Positions 27,587 through 38,838 are shown, counted from the stretch's first letter. The stretch: DNA of 64,000 nucleotides from Blastocatellia bacterium (GCA_035634255.1 DASQDI010000034.1:32509-96508); one strand, 5' to 3'. Program-made: numbers and translations. Notes: generated by a model not told the origin, from the sequence alone.

Positions 27587-29950
27587 TCAATTCCGTTTCG
27601 CGGCGCTCCTTAAATAAATCCGATCAATCGACCAATCGGTCGGCGTCCGCGCCTTCGCCGCGCGGGTCGCTGAGCCGATGCTGTAAAACAGTTGCGCCAG
27701 AGGCGAATCGTTTTGGCCTCTTATGTCGCCCCTTGAGCGCGCGCCCGTGAATTCGAGCACGAATGGGTCAGGCAACTCCTGATCGCTCGTCAGCAGAATG
27801 TACGTGTCCAACCCGAACGGCGGTACTAACTCGACCATACCGGCCTTGCCGAGTAATATCTCCCGCGGCTGTTGGGCGGGCGGCTTTTGGGCGTCGAGCG
27901 GAAAGCGGTTTTCCAGATTCCCGTCCTTATTAAACAGCAGAGAGGACGCGCCCTGGCTGTCTATGGAAAAGACATAGACCCATTTGCGGTTTATGATTCT
28001 GGCCCGCGCGAGCGCCTGCTCGTCGGCCACCAGCACCAGATCGTACTTATCGCCTTCATAAACAGTCCCCTCGCGCATCAACTCGCTCGCGCCGGTCCTG
28101 CGCACCGAAAGCCGGTATGGAAAGTCCGCGCTCGCGGGCGCTTGAATCTGCTGCCAGCCTTTGATGCGCGCGAGCGTCACCGCCTTGTCATGCAACTCCG
28201 CCGCGCCCGCGCCGCCCGAGCCTTCTATGGCTATCCAATCGCTGCGGGGCGGGAAGACGTATTCGGATTGCTTGTTATTATCGGCGCTGCCGGTTAATGC
28301 TTCGCGGCGCACCCACGCATACTCCACCCGGTCGCCGTCCGAACGGCCCGCGAGAAAATACTCAGCCTCCTGCAAAGTTTTGGTCTCTTCCATAGCCTGT
28401 TCGAGCTTGAGACCGTGCCGCAGTTCCCGCGACGGCGGCAGACTGATGAACACCGGTTGACCGGTCGCGGCGGCCACTTTTTTCAAGTCGAGCGGGTTGC
28501 TCAATGACTCGGCTTCGCCCGCGGGGGAAACGGATTCCCATCGCCCGCCCGCATAGATGACTACCCGTTCGGCCCGCGCCCCTGTCGGGTCGTCAACCGC
28601 GCTGATATGTTTCGCGCCGCGCAGTTGTTTAAGCTCGCGCGCGACTCGCAGGATTTCGCCCTGCTCAATCGCCGGAGGTATCCAGACTTTCAGGCCCACG
28701 CCGTCTTTCGAGACCCACCGATCCAGGATGTAGAGGTCGCCGCGCCGGATGCTCCCGGCGTCGCCTTGAATGACTTCGGCCTCGCAACCGCTCAATCCGG
28801 CCAGGCTCGTGACGCGCAGCCTGGCCCCTTTATCGTCAGGCTGGCCCGCTTTTTTCAACTCGCTGCCGACGCCCAGCCCCATCGCCAGCCCGCCTTCGAG
28901 CGTGAAGCGATTCCGCTCGACTTTGATAACGCTGGCCGCCGGCTTGTCGAGCGCCGGGTCGGGCTCGCCGCCGAAGAGCGGCCCCTTACGACGTTGCGCG
29001 TTGGCTTCCAGGGCAGGCTGCTCGTACACCTGCTCGCCTTTCATGTAACTGGTCACCCGGCTGAAGACCTGCTCGGCGGACTCGTTGGCCGACACTGACG
29101 GTTGCGACAACACCTGGCTCAAGGCCCAGGTAAAGTTGCCGCGAGGCGAGCCGTTGTACCGGCACTCTCTCGCCTGCTGATAATCCTGCGCGGCGTAGAG
29201 AAAGAGCGCGCCCCGCTCGGCGGGCGATTGCTTGAAGCTCTGCGGCTCGGCAACGTCTCGTTCGTCGAACGGCCCCGTCCGGGTGTACTCTTCGGCGAAG
29301 CTGCCGCGCCCGAGCGAGCTGCTGTGACAGCTATCGAAAATCCCCGTGATCGTTACCCCCTTGTCAATCGCCTTCAGGAAGAGCCGGGCGATCTCCTTGT
29401 CGCGGATGTCGCGCGCACCATGGTTGGCGTCCGCCGGCACTATGCTCTCGTCATAGCCGTCCGCTTCTCCGCTCCTGGAGTTCTTCACTTTCGAGCCGTG
29501 ACCCGCGTAATACAGTACGCATATGTCGCCCGGCTCGGCCTGCCGGATCAGGTGATCTTCTATGGCCTGCAAAATAGCATCGCGCTTCGCTTCACCGTCC
29601 TTGAGGACTTTCACCTCAGTGAATGCGAATTTATTAATCAGCAGCGCTCGCATTGCTTCGACATCGTTCACCGGCCCATAGAGGTTAGTGAACGCGCCGC
29701 GCATGGAGCCGCTCTTCTGGGCCGCCGCCGGCCGGCGAGTCGGCCTGCCCGCGCTCGCGCCAGGACGATCAATCTTTTCTTTCGCCTGCTCGGTCTGGTA
29801 GGTGTTGATGCCGATGAGCAGGGCGCGGCGCACAGGTTCTTTAACCGGCCGACCAGCACTGGATCGAGCCACGGTCGGGAAAGGCGCCTGCGCAAAAATC
29901 AGCGCAAGGGATACGGCAACCGATGTGAGGGTTCTATTAGAGCGGCGCAT
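27587..29950 (-). CDS. Secreted caspase-family (peptidase C14) protein with large C-terminal region
   Basis: Signal peptide MRRSNRTLTSVAVSLALIFAQA. Caspase fold signatures: RRALLIGINTYQ, NDVEAMRALL, catalytic His in CVLYYAGHGS, catalytic Cys in IFDSCHSSSLGR. Last gene of the minus-strand sigma/CHAT cluster. Confidence 0.8.
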   Translation of the reverse strand: MRRSNRTLTSVAVSLALIFAQAPFPTVARSSAGRPVKEPVRRALLIGINTYQTEQAKEKIDRPGASAGRPTRRPAAAQKSGSMRGAFTNLYGPVNDVEAMRALLINKFAFTEVKVLKDGEAKRDAILQAIEDHLIRQAEPGDICVLYYAGHGSKVKNSRSGEADGYDESIVPADANHGARDIRDKEIARLFLKAIDKGVTITGIFDSCHSSSLGRGSFAEEYTRTGPFDERDVAEPQSFKQSPAERGALFLYAAQDYQQARECRYNGSPRGNFTWALSQVLSQPSVSANESAEQVFSRVTSYMKGEQVYEQPALEANAQRRKGPLFGGEPDPALDKPAASVIKVERNRFTLEGGLAMGLGVGSELKKAGQPDDKGARLRVTSLAGLSGCEAEVIQGDAGSIRRGDLYILDRWVSKDGVGLKVWIPPAIEQGEILRVARELKQLRGAKHISAVDDPTGARAERVVIYAGGRWESVSPAGEAESLSNPLDLKKVAAATGQPVFISLPPSRELRHGLKLEQAMEETKTLQEAEYFLAGRSDGDRVEYAWVRREALTGSADNNKQSEYVFPPRSDWIAIEGSGGAGAAELHDKAVTLARIKGWQQIQAPASADFPYRLSVRRTGASELMREGTVYEGDKYDLVLVADEQALARARIINRKWVYVFSIDSQGASSLLFNKDGNLENRFPLDAQKPPAQQPREILLGKAGMVELVPPFGLDTYILLTSDQELPDPFVLEFTGARSRGDIRGQNDSPLAQLFYSIGSATRAAKARTPTDWSIDRIYLRSAAKRN

Positions 29951-30020
29951 GATGCGTTACCTCCCAAAATTTTCCAATCGATAGATTTGAAGGCGGCGCG
30001 ACATTTCCTCTTCGGGCCGC

Positions 30021-33000
30021 TTACCTCCAATTGCCGGTCAGAACGAAAGGCGACCAGTAATAGGGGTGGGTAAACGGCGCGCCCTTGTCCTGCGTGAACG
30101 GCGGCGATTGATCAGCGCCGGGGCCGGTAACCGCCGGCCCGCGCCAGAGCGGAGTCTCACCTGCTCTGTACCTGCCGTTTATCAGAGAAAGCTGCGCCTT
30201 TCGCAGGGCTTCGCCTTTGCCGACTCGCGGGGCGGCTTCGAGCTGCCCATAAAATTCGCTCATTAAAACCCGCGTCGAAGCGTCGGCCACCGACCACAAG
30301 GTTGCCAGGACCGATTTCGCACCCTGTTTTTGAGCTATCGCGCCGAAGCTTTCGATCTCCGCGCCGCTCGATTTTTCACCGGCGCTCATCGCAGTGTTAC
30401 AGGCCGAAAGCGTCAGCAGTTCCACCTCGCTGAATTTATCGCCGATCTCGTCGCGCACCGCCGCCAGCGATAATCTCCGCTCCTCCTCCTTGCCGCCGCC
30501 GAGCAGCAGGTACGAACTCGCTTCGTTTCCGGCGTTGAGGCTGAAATGGCTGGCGACGTGAACGATGCTGTAGCGCCCGAGGTGGAGCTTGAACGCCCGC
30601 AAGGTAAATTCTTCGTCGGGCAAATTCACGCCCCTGATGATGCCGCTCTTCCCTTCCGTCAGTTCCGCGCAGAAGGCTCTTTTCTGCGGGTCGTCGACGA
30701 CGCTGCATAATTCCACAGGGACCGAGGGGAGCGCGGAAAAACCGCCGAAGGGTTTCGACACGCCGACGCCGAGCGCCGTCCAGTCGCCCCGCCCACCCGG
30801 CGCGTCTTTCAGCTTGTCGAGGCTCGCCAGAGTGATGACGGAGTTGGAATACTTCTCAGCCAGATACCTCTTGCCGTCCCACAGCGCGGCGAGGGGCGCG
30901 TAACGCAGCGTGCCGTCCAGGCTCCAGACTATCGTGTCAGCTTTCACGCCTTCCAAATCTTTTTGCAAAGCGGGAGGGAGCAACTTGTCGTAAAGCTTTT
31001 TGCCCGCCGGTCGCGGGTCGAGGCTCGGGTCTTGCGCGGCGGCGCGAAATTCGGCGACCAGTTTGTTCAACTCCTCCGCTTTGATGTCAACGGTGTGCGC
31101 GCGATTGACTTTCGCGGTAGTGACGATGATGTTCAAGCGGTCTTCGCCAGCGATGGTGGAAAGGATGACCGTTCTCGGCTGCTTGAGGCCTGAGAGCAAC
31201 GCCTGCGTGCCCGATATTTGGGCCACGCGCACGTCCTCCTGCCTCTTTTCCTTGTTGAAGTATTGGCCGCTCAGTTCTTCGAAGAATCTGTTGAAGACTT
31301 TCCTCGCGTCCGTAAGCTTATTGCCGAGGTCGTCGAGGCGGGCTTGTTGCGGGAACTTCCCGACCTCATATTGCCTGCTCGCTTTCTCCAGCTCATCGTG
31401 TTCTTTGCCGACGAGGGTGATGCGGTCGGCGATCTGTTGGTAGCGTTGGTAGGCTTCGCGCTCGGGGTCGTTGAGCGGGATTTTGTCCAGCAGTTCTTTC
31501 GCGACTTTATCGCCGCGGCGCAGGTACTCGAAAAGCTCGTCTCCTTTGAGCAGGGCCAGAACCTGCTCGGCTTCGGCGATGCGCCCTTCGGCGATCAACC
31601 AGTCGGCCAGCCGCCGGTAATGCTTCTCTTTTTTTTCCAGGAAGCCCTTCCGAGAAATAGCGTCTAGGTTCTGTAATCTCTGGCGCTCCGATTGAATCTC
31701 ATTAATGGCTCGCTTGCCGTAAAAGATCGCCAGCCGCCGGTTGCCGAGCGCGTCGTGGGTGCGTGCCAATTCAGTGAGCAGCGAGCTGTACTTCGGAGAG
31801 AATGCCTCTTTGCCGCCAATGCCCACGGATTGATAAAGGGCCAGGGCTTCGTTTTGATACTTTAAGGCTTCCTGCGCTTTGCCCGCCTCCATCAGCGTCC
31901 ACCCAACGTCAGTCAAATCATCGGCGGTATCTTCATTAACGTTTCCGGTGCGGCTGATTTCAAGCGCTTGTTTGTAGTACTCGGAAGCCTTATCCCACTC
32001 TTCCAGCTTCGCCAAGGTGTATGCGACAGAGGCCGCGCTTAATCTAATAGTACGGGGCTCTTTCATGGAATGGGAAAGCGCCAGAACCTTTTCGTAATAC
32101 TCAAGAGATTTTGGATAATCTTCCATCATCCGGTAATTGTAAGCAATGCTGTCCAATCTCACCTTTTCGATGAAAGTCTCATAACCTTCATCGAAGACCC
32201 CGAGCCCTCCGATATTGGCGTTCTTCTTCGCATTCTCCGCAAAATCGGGGGACTGCAAAATTGCCAGGCTTTGATCGACACGCTCCTTGAGCCTGACCTT
32301 GTCGTTCAGTACCCAATACATCGAAGCCATAATGTACAAGGTAGAGGATTGACCGAATTTATCATCCATCTCGCGATTGATTTCCAAAGCTCTTTCCAGG
32401 TTCTTTAACGCCGCTTCATATTCGTAATTTCGCGACTGGACCATGGCGATGGAGGTCAAAGCGGTCGCCACGTTTCTTTTTTCATTTTCGAATGCGCCGT
32501 AGATTTTCAGCGATTCGGTGAAAGATTCCAGGGCCTTAGCACTATCTTTCGCCTCCCTGCTATATACCGTTCCTATTCTTTGTAGTGTTAAAGCTTCCCG
32601 GAGTTTGAATTCCGGGCCCTGAGTTTCCTGATACAAAGCGCGACGCCGTTCTAGTGATTCATTCAGGTATTTGAGGGCTTCTTCCGGCTGCCCGAAACTG
32701 TTATCAAGCGTCCCGCCAATGTCAGCCAGCGTGTCGGCCCTGAGGGTTTTAAGCGCGATGAGGGCTTGCTTTACGCCGGGAATGTTTAGGTCGGCGAATG
32801 CTTTATCCTCAAGGATTTCCCGGTAGACCGCGAGAGCCTGCTTCTGGTAATCAACATTTGCCCTCAATTCGCCGAGGTTATTATGCGTCTGAGCAATACC
32901 GCCCAGTGATATAGCTTCGCCGTTCTTCGCCTGAAGTTCTAAGAGCTTCAGTAAGTTGAGTAATTGCCGGGAGACCTCGCCTGTCCGACCTATTTTTTCG

Positions 33001-33806
33001 ACGAGGGCCGTGTCCTTCAGCTTTGCGTTCAGGGCGCGAAACCTTGTTAAGGATTCGTTTAATTTCTCCCTTGCCGCGAGGGAATCCGATTTTGATCTGA
33101 CGCTTAGTTTTTGCCCTTCCCCCAATACCTGAATCGCCTTCTTTAATTCCTGAGACGGCTCGGTGAAAAGAAGGGCGTCGTATTTATTGACTTTGACTTG
33201 TCTGACTTTTTGCGTCGTCAACTCTACCAGACCGCCCTCTCCTAACTCCCGCCAGCCCGCCGATGCTCCTTCAAGTTTCGCTATAGCTGTGTCTGATTCC
33301 CCCGCCTTATGACTCGCGGCCATCCCTTCGACGAACAATCGTTCGACCTCGACCCGCCTCCTGTCTTTCGCGGTCGCCGTCCGCGAGGCTTCGCGCCGGA
33401 TTGTGTAACCGCCCCTTTCCGCCTTCGCATCAAGGCCGCTTACTTCCAGCATGAAACTGCCAGCCTTCTCCGCCACAAACGAAATGGTTTCCGGCCCCTG
33501 CTTTCCGTTAGGGCTGTCCATCTCGCCCAGGACGTTGCCGCTCGCGTCCAGCAGCCTGAGCGTAACATCGACGCCTTTCTGCTCGGCCCGCGCCTGAAAA
33601 AACTCTCCGGCTTTCAAAGCTAATGCGTAACGGTGCGTCTCCGTGCCGGTCATCTCACGTTCAAGGGTTTGACTCGGAGGCAATTCCCGAACGCGGCCCC
33701 CGCTCGACGCCTGCCCGAAAGCGACACCAAATGACAGAGTCAGCGATATGAGCAGGGGCAGGATTCGCCGCGTGTGTGGTCTAAGGTTCGTCGTCATCTT
33801 TTTCAC
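30021..33806 (-). CDS. Secreted PPC-like/TPR-repeat/CHAT-domain protein (1261 aa), paralog 3
   Basis: GTG start with ggagaaagag SD. Signal peptide MKKMTTNLRPHTRRILPLLISLTLSFGVAFGQA. N-terminal beta-sandwich (..GYTIRRE). Long TPR array (AL.YY..AL.I... repeats). C-terminal CHAT: HVASHFSLNAGNEASSYLLLGG...LLTLSACNTA...AKSVLATLWSVADAST..LM..FY...HPYYWSPFVLTGNWR. Confidence 0.85.
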   Translation of the reverse strand: MKKMTTNLRPHTRRILPLLISLTLSFGVAFGQASSGGRVRELPPSQTLEREMTGTETHRYALALKAGEFFQARAEQKGVDVTLRLLDASGNVLGEMDSPNGKQGPETISFVAEKAGSFMLEVSGLDAKAERGGYTIRREASRTATAKDRRRVEVERLFVEGMAASHKAGESDTAIAKLEGASAGWRELGEGGLVELTTQKVRQVKVNKYDALLFTEPSQELKKAIQVLGEGQKLSVRSKSDSLAAREKLNESLTRFRALNAKLKDTALVEKIGRTGEVSRQLLNLLKLLELQAKNGEAISLGGIAQTHNNLGELRANVDYQKQALAVYREILEDKAFADLNIPGVKQALIALKTLRADTLADIGGTLDNSFGQPEEALKYLNESLERRRALYQETQGPEFKLREALTLQRIGTVYSREAKDSAKALESFTESLKIYGAFENEKRNVATALTSIAMVQSRNYEYEAALKNLERALEINREMDDKFGQSSTLYIMASMYWVLNDKVRLKERVDQSLAILQSPDFAENAKKNANIGGLGVFDEGYETFIEKVRLDSIAYNYRMMEDYPKSLEYYEKVLALSHSMKEPRTIRLSAASVAYTLAKLEEWDKASEYYKQALEISRTGNVNEDTADDLTDVGWTLMEAGKAQEALKYQNEALALYQSVGIGGKEAFSPKYSSLLTELARTHDALGNRRLAIFYGKRAINEIQSERQRLQNLDAISRKGFLEKKEKHYRRLADWLIAEGRIAEAEQVLALLKGDELFEYLRRGDKVAKELLDKIPLNDPEREAYQRYQQIADRITLVGKEHDELEKASRQYEVGKFPQQARLDDLGNKLTDARKVFNRFFEELSGQYFNKEKRQEDVRVAQISGTQALLSGLKQPRTVILSTIAGEDRLNIIVTTAKVNRAHTVDIKAEELNKLVAEFRAAAQDPSLDPRPAGKKLYDKLLPPALQKDLEGVKADTIVWSLDGTLRYAPLAALWDGKRYLAEKYSNSVITLASLDKLKDAPGGRGDWTALGVGVSKPFGGFSALPSVPVELCSVVDDPQKRAFCAELTEGKSGIIRGVNLPDEEFTLRAFKLHLGRYSIVHVASHFSLNAGNEASSYLLLGGGKEEERRLSLAAVRDEIGDKFSEVELLTLSACNTAMSAGEKSSGAEIESFGAIAQKQGAKSVLATLWSVADASTRVLMSEFYGQLEAAPRVGKGEALRKAQLSLINGRYRAGETPLWRGPAVTGPGADQSPPFTQDKGAPFTHPYYWSPFVLTGNWR

Positions 33807-33825
33807 GTCTCTTTCTCCGGCCGCA

Positions 33826-36800
33826 TCATCGCCAGTTGCCGATCAGGATAAACGAGGCCCAGTAGTGCGGGTGGGCGAAAGGGTTTTTGGCGTCTTTCAC
33901 GAAGTACGGCAGCCCGATTTTCCGCCCGCTCGATTGCGGGCCTCTCAAGCTGGGATCGTTCCCGTTACTCTTCGCCTCTTTGCCGAGTAAAGAGAACTGC
34001 GCCCGGCGGAACGCCTCGCCTTTCGACATCGCGGGGTTATCCGCCCGCAGCTTGTAGAAGAGGACCATCAATTCCGGCGTTGCCGCGTCCGACACCTTCC
34101 ACAGGCTCGCGATTACGGATTTCGCGCCAAGCTCCTGCGCGAGGAAGGCGAAGCCTTCGGCCTCTTCGCCGCTCCCGCCGCCCGTCGCCGTATCGCAGGC
34201 AGAAAGCGTCAACAGGTCCACCGCGCCGAACAGGTTGTCTTTATCCTGAAGCTCATCAAACGTCAGCTTCCCGTCGCCGGTCAGCAGGAATGAAGCCCTC
34301 CGGTCAACCGGGTTGAAGACGTAATGGCTGGCTATGTGAATGACCTGATGCGAGCCTTCGCGCCACAGGCGCAACGCCGCTTCCTTCGTGAAGTCCGTGT
34401 CGAGCCTTCGCGTGCCTTCCAGAATGCCGGTCTCTCCATCCTGCTCGCGCACGATGTCACGTATCTCGCGCTTTGCCCCCTGCAATGCGCCGAAGCTCCG
34501 ATTATCAACCGTCTTCGCCTCCGAAACGCCTAGACCGAGCGCCTTCCATTTAGCCGAGTCTTTGTCAGTCAGCCTTCGGCTCTTACCGGTGAAAACGACG
34601 TGGCGGTATTTCTCGACCAGATAAGCTTTGCCGTCATGCAAAGCTGCCATCGGAACGTATCGCAGGACGTCATCCAGGGACCACATCAGAGTCCTGTCCG
34701 CGTACCTGCCGAAATAGGTTTCCAGATCGGCTTCGAGCGTCCTATTCTGTCTGGCGGAAGTCTGGCGAAACAGTCTGTCGTAAAGCTTTTGCGCCAGGGG
34801 CCGCGGGTCGTACCTGTCAGAGCTTAAAGCCGCGCGAAACTCGGAGACGGTCCCTTCCAGCCCCGCCACATCAATTGGGTATGCCTTGCGGCCTTCGGGC
34901 GTGACGAGAATTATCCAGCCGAATTTCGATTTCGCTTTGCCCGCCTGACCGCTCTCATTCTTCGTCTTTTCCGTGCCGATCACGGTGTAGAGCGCGGCCA
35001 CGCCAGTCTTCAACTCACTCCTTAATTGCTTCATCTCGGTCTGCAGGGCTCTCGCAATATTGATCTCTTCTATTTTTACCTCGACGTCGCTTGCCGAGTT
35101 GCCGAGCGCTTCGAGCGATAACCGGAAAGCCCTGTTCGCCGCTTCAATCTCTTTTATAAGCTGGTCGAATTGCGTTCTTTTATCGCCGGGTAGAGCGCCG
35201 TTTTCTTCCTTCTCTCTTTCCAATTCGATTTGCTGACTTGCCAATGCCGCGAGTTTCTCGACGTGTGCGATCACGCTGGCTTCCGCATTGTTGTAAGGTA
35301 TGATGTCGGGAGTGCCGCCGGAATTGTCGCTGGCTCGAGTCACCTGAAGTTGTCTGAACTCAGCTTCTTTGAGCAGGTCGAGCACGGCCTGAGCTTCGGG
35401 CAAACGCCCCCGCCCGATCAGCAGGTTGGCCAGCTCGCGGTAGGCGTCGGTGACTTTCTCCCGATAAACCTCCTGTGTCTCGCGCTTCAGGGTGCGGATC
35501 GAGCCGCGCAACTGCTGATACTTGTTGACCGACTGCTTGCCGTAGAAGATCGCCAGACTCTCGTTGCCGCGCGCCCTCCACGCCGACATCAGACCTTGGA
35601 GGGCTTTCGCCTCGATGTCCTTATCGGCAATGGCGCGGGCAACGATCATGGCTTGTTGGTACGCTTCGGCTGCTTTATCGAACTCCCTGTTTTTCTCATG
35701 CAGTTTCCCCAGCGCAAGGTGAACAGCATCTTCAAAATATCTGTTCTGATATTTTTTCGAGTAATCCAGGACTTCGTTCAGGACCGGCCATGCTTTCGCA
35801 GTTTCATTCAATTCGATATAAACTTTTCCGATACCAAGCAAAGCATCTGCCTCATTACGTTTGCTCTCGGTCTCACGACTCAACCTCAAGGCTTGCTCGT
35901 TATGGATAAGGGCCTGCTTGAAGTGCTCAGGGTTTTTATTCTGTTCGCCCATTCTGCGATAGATGGCTCCGATCCCGTTAAGCTGATAAATCTCGCCTAA
36001 CTTATCGCCGATCTCCCTGCTAACTTTTAGCGACCTCTCGCGGTGCTCCAACGCCGTTTGAGTTTCGCCCAGCTCCAGATAATCGACGGCGATGTTGCCA
36101 AGAATGGTTGCTTCGTTGGCCTTTTCGCCGGTGCCCCTGGCTATGGACAACGCCTGCTCAAAATAATCAATCGACTTGCCTCTTTCACCTGTGCTTGAAG
36201 ATAAATTTGCGAGATTATTGAGGGAGAGTAATTCACCGTTTTTGTTCCCGGTTTCGCGGGAGATTGCCAGGGCGCGGTTGATGTAATTCAATGCCTTTTC
36301 GTTCTCGCTCAACACCGTATAGGCGCGCCCGATGTTATTCAGACAGGTCGCGATGGCTTCCTTATCACCTATTTTTTCGGCGATCTCTAATCCCTGATTC
36401 GTGTACTTGATACTTTCCCGCTCATCTCCCAAATCGGAATAAACCTGGCCGATATTATTGGGGATCGTTGATTCGGACGGCATGGCCCCCGTCTTGCGGA
36501 TTAATTCCAACGCCCTGTTAAGATTTTGCAAAGCCTTCCGCGGCTCGCCGAAAGCCTGATAGACGAGTGCGATGTTGTTAAGCGCGGTGGCTTCCATGCC
36601 CTCACGCTTCGTAGCTATCGCCAATTTCAATGCCTGGTCGTAATACTCAAGGGCTTTACGGATGTTGCCGGTTTCTTTATAACGAACGCCGAGGTTATTG
36701 AGTAGACTCGCTTCGACAGTTCGGTTTCGCGCTAAATCTTTTATTCTTTGCGGGGCCTGGCGGTACAGCTCTAAAGCCTTATTGAGTAACTCAATCGCCC

Positions 36801-38838
36801 TCTCGTTCTCTCCGAGGAATGCGTAGACACCGGCAATGTTCGAATAAGTCATGGCACGGCTGTCAACATAAGTGAGGTCTTTTATTCCTTGTTGTATCGC
36901 CAGAGCTTGATTGTAATATTCGAGCGCTTTTTTCGGCTCGCCTGAAAACAGGTGCGATTGACCGATGTTATTGAGTATTGACGCTTCAAAATTCTTCTCC
37001 AGATCGCCCCTGTCGGGGATAAGGCGCACCCCTTCTAATGCTTTTGTAAAAGGCTCCAGGGCTTTCTTCTTATCTCCCGTATACGAGTAGATCAGCCCGA
37101 TGGAATTGAGCGTTAAGATGATTCGGAATTTATCATTCAACTCCTGAGAGATTACCAGCCCGCGATTATAATTCTCTAAGGCTTTATCCCACTCGTACCT
37201 GTACTGATGAATTTGAGCGATTGAATGGATCGAATCCATAACCCTCTTTTTCGAATTGTCATCGCCTTTCTTCTCAAACTCCCCAAGCACCTGGTAGTAA
37301 TATCGCAGAGCTTTTTCGGCATTTCCCAGATTGAAATATACTCTGCCGAGCGTTTGTAAGGTCAACGCCTTTAAGATTCTCATCTGGTCTTTAACGCTGT
37401 TGGTTAAATTTCCTGCCCACCTCTCCGGCGCGGTCTCGTCAGTCGCCAAAGCCATTTCCGCGTATTTTATGGCTTCTTTATAATCGGGAATGTTTTCGTA
37501 ATAAGATGCTATCATTCCTGTCAGAATGATTTCCCATAGTCTGATTTTAAACTCCTGATGATATGCCAGAGCCTTTTTAGAAAACTCGATGGCTTCAGCA
37601 AATTTCCCCTCACTATAATGAAAGTTGGACAAGGCAGAATAAGTATCGCTTTCATGTATTCTATTTTTCTGGGATTGGAATAATTTTAAGGCCTCATTCA
37701 GGTTTTCTAACCCCTTCTGCTTTTCCCCCTGTAAAGTTTGAATCGGGCCTATCTTCAAAAGGGCTATGGCTATCCCGCCATTGTTTTTCATCTCTCTCCA
37801 CAAGGCCAACGCCTGATCGTACTTCTCCAACGCCTTCGGCTTCTCGTTCTGCGCGTCGAGGGCCGCGCCGAGCACATATAGACAAGCGGCTTCGAAATTT
37901 TCGTTCTTTTCTTTTTGAGCAAGCGCCAGACTTTTTTGGTAATACTCATTCGCCTTCGGGTAATACTTCAACCCTGCATAGTCGTTTCCGAGAGACATTA
38001 AACTGTTCATTACCCCGACATTGTTTTTTGCTTTTTGAAAAATCTGTAAGGCCTGGCTGTGATACTCAGTTGCCTGCTTGTATTCGCCAAAGCCGCTCAT
38101 CATCGAGCCGATTGTGTTGAGAGTCGCGGCCTCCAGCGGCCTGTCGCCGGACGCTTTGACTATCTCCAAAGCGCGGTTGATGTAATCAATCGCTTTGTTA
38201 TTTTCCAGCAAAACGTTATGCGCGGTGGCTAAGCGGTCCAGGGTGCGGCCCCCCCAGTACCTGTCCCCGATTCTCTGCCACAGAGCTAGCGCCTGTTCGC
38301 GTTTGGCAATAGCCTCGCGGATATTTACAGCGGTATTTTCTTTCTGCAAAGTGGCGGCTTCCGACAAGAGTCTCAACGCTTCGATTCGCGTCTTGTCTTT
38401 TTCCGTAAGCGCGTCCGCCGACCGCGCTGAGAAACGGTAACTGCCGCCCCCGAATTGGTTTTCTGAAGGGTCGATACGCAGAAGGTATTCGCCGGTTTCT
38501 TCCGCGACGAAAATGAGGGTTTCGCGGTCAAGGCCGCTGCCTAAATTCGCTGTCGCGACGCCTGTTTTATCACTCGCCTTAACAAGCTCGACCTTCACGT
38601 CAAAGGTCTGCTCCGTAAGCTCGACGAACAAAACCTGACCCTGCCGCAAAGAGAATCTATACTGGTGCAGATCGCCCTTTTTAATTTTTCGCTCAAGCGA
38701 TTTATCGAACGACAATCTGTATTCGCTTACCGAAGGCGTCTGCCCGAAGGCAGAGGCATTCAAAGTCAGAGCCGCTAAGAATATGACGACCGGCATCCGC
38801 CAGGCGCGTGACCTCGTCTTCAATCTCATGTTATTCAT
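33826..38838 (-). CDS. Secreted PPC-like/TPR-repeat/CHAT-domain protein (~1670 aa), paralog 2
   Basis: ATG at 38838 preceded by ggagg. Signal peptide MRLKTRSRAWRMPVVIFLAALTLNASAFGQ. More than 20 TPR units. C-terminal CHAT: HIASHYVFNPVDRRASFLLTGDG...LLTLSACDTATGG...AKSVIASLWKVSDAATPELMVLFY...HPHYWASFILIGNWR. The ORF track N-terminal extension to 38865 overlaps the upstream gene and is probably not translated. Confidence 0.85.
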   Translation of the reverse strand: MNNMRLKTRSRAWRMPVVIFLAALTLNASAFGQTPSVSEYRLSFDKSLERKIKKGDLHQYRFSLRQGQVLFVELTEQTFDVKVELVKASDKTGVATANLGSGLDRETLIFVAEETGEYLLRIDPSENQFGGGSYRFSARSADALTEKDKTRIEALRLLSEAATLQKENTAVNIREAIAKREQALALWQRIGDRYWGGRTLDRLATAHNVLLENNKAIDYINRALEIVKASGDRPLEAATLNTIGSMMSGFGEYKQATEYHSQALQIFQKAKNNVGVMNSLMSLGNDYAGLKYYPKANEYYQKSLALAQKEKNENFEAACLYVLGAALDAQNEKPKALEKYDQALALWREMKNNGGIAIALLKIGPIQTLQGEKQKGLENLNEALKLFQSQKNRIHESDTYSALSNFHYSEGKFAEAIEFSKKALAYHQEFKIRLWEIILTGMIASYYENIPDYKEAIKYAEMALATDETAPERWAGNLTNSVKDQMRILKALTLQTLGRVYFNLGNAEKALRYYYQVLGEFEKKGDDNSKKRVMDSIHSIAQIHQYRYEWDKALENYNRGLVISQELNDKFRIILTLNSIGLIYSYTGDKKKALEPFTKALEGVRLIPDRGDLEKNFEASILNNIGQSHLFSGEPKKALEYYNQALAIQQGIKDLTYVDSRAMTYSNIAGVYAFLGENERAIELLNKALELYRQAPQRIKDLARNRTVEASLLNNLGVRYKETGNIRKALEYYDQALKLAIATKREGMEATALNNIALVYQAFGEPRKALQNLNRALELIRKTGAMPSESTIPNNIGQVYSDLGDERESIKYTNQGLEIAEKIGDKEAIATCLNNIGRAYTVLSENEKALNYINRALAISRETGNKNGELLSLNNLANLSSSTGERGKSIDYFEQALSIARGTGEKANEATILGNIAVDYLELGETQTALEHRERSLKVSREIGDKLGEIYQLNGIGAIYRRMGEQNKNPEHFKQALIHNEQALRLSRETESKRNEADALLGIGKVYIELNETAKAWPVLNEVLDYSKKYQNRYFEDAVHLALGKLHEKNREFDKAAEAYQQAMIVARAIADKDIEAKALQGLMSAWRARGNESLAIFYGKQSVNKYQQLRGSIRTLKRETQEVYREKVTDAYRELANLLIGRGRLPEAQAVLDLLKEAEFRQLQVTRASDNSGGTPDIIPYNNAEASVIAHVEKLAALASQQIELEREKEENGALPGDKRTQFDQLIKEIEAANRAFRLSLEALGNSASDVEVKIEEINIARALQTEMKQLRSELKTGVAALYTVIGTEKTKNESGQAGKAKSKFGWIILVTPEGRKAYPIDVAGLEGTVSEFRAALSSDRYDPRPLAQKLYDRLFRQTSARQNRTLEADLETYFGRYADRTLMWSLDDVLRYVPMAALHDGKAYLVEKYRHVVFTGKSRRLTDKDSAKWKALGLGVSEAKTVDNRSFGALQGAKREIRDIVREQDGETGILEGTRRLDTDFTKEAALRLWREGSHQVIHIASHYVFNPVDRRASFLLTGDGKLTFDELQDKDNLFGAVDLLTLSACDTATGGGSGEEAEGFAFLAQELGAKSVIASLWKVSDAATPELMVLFYKLRADNPAMSKGEAFRRAQFSLLGKEAKSNGNDPSLRGPQSSGRKIGLPYFVKDAKNPFAHPHYWASFILIGNWR

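Noticed and set aside
29102-30073. 323-aa plus-strand ORF
   Set aside because: Antisense to the caspase C14 gene and the end of TPR-CHAT paralog 3.
35230-36000. 256-aa plus-strand ORF
   Set aside because: Antisense within TPR-CHAT paralog 2. No motifs.
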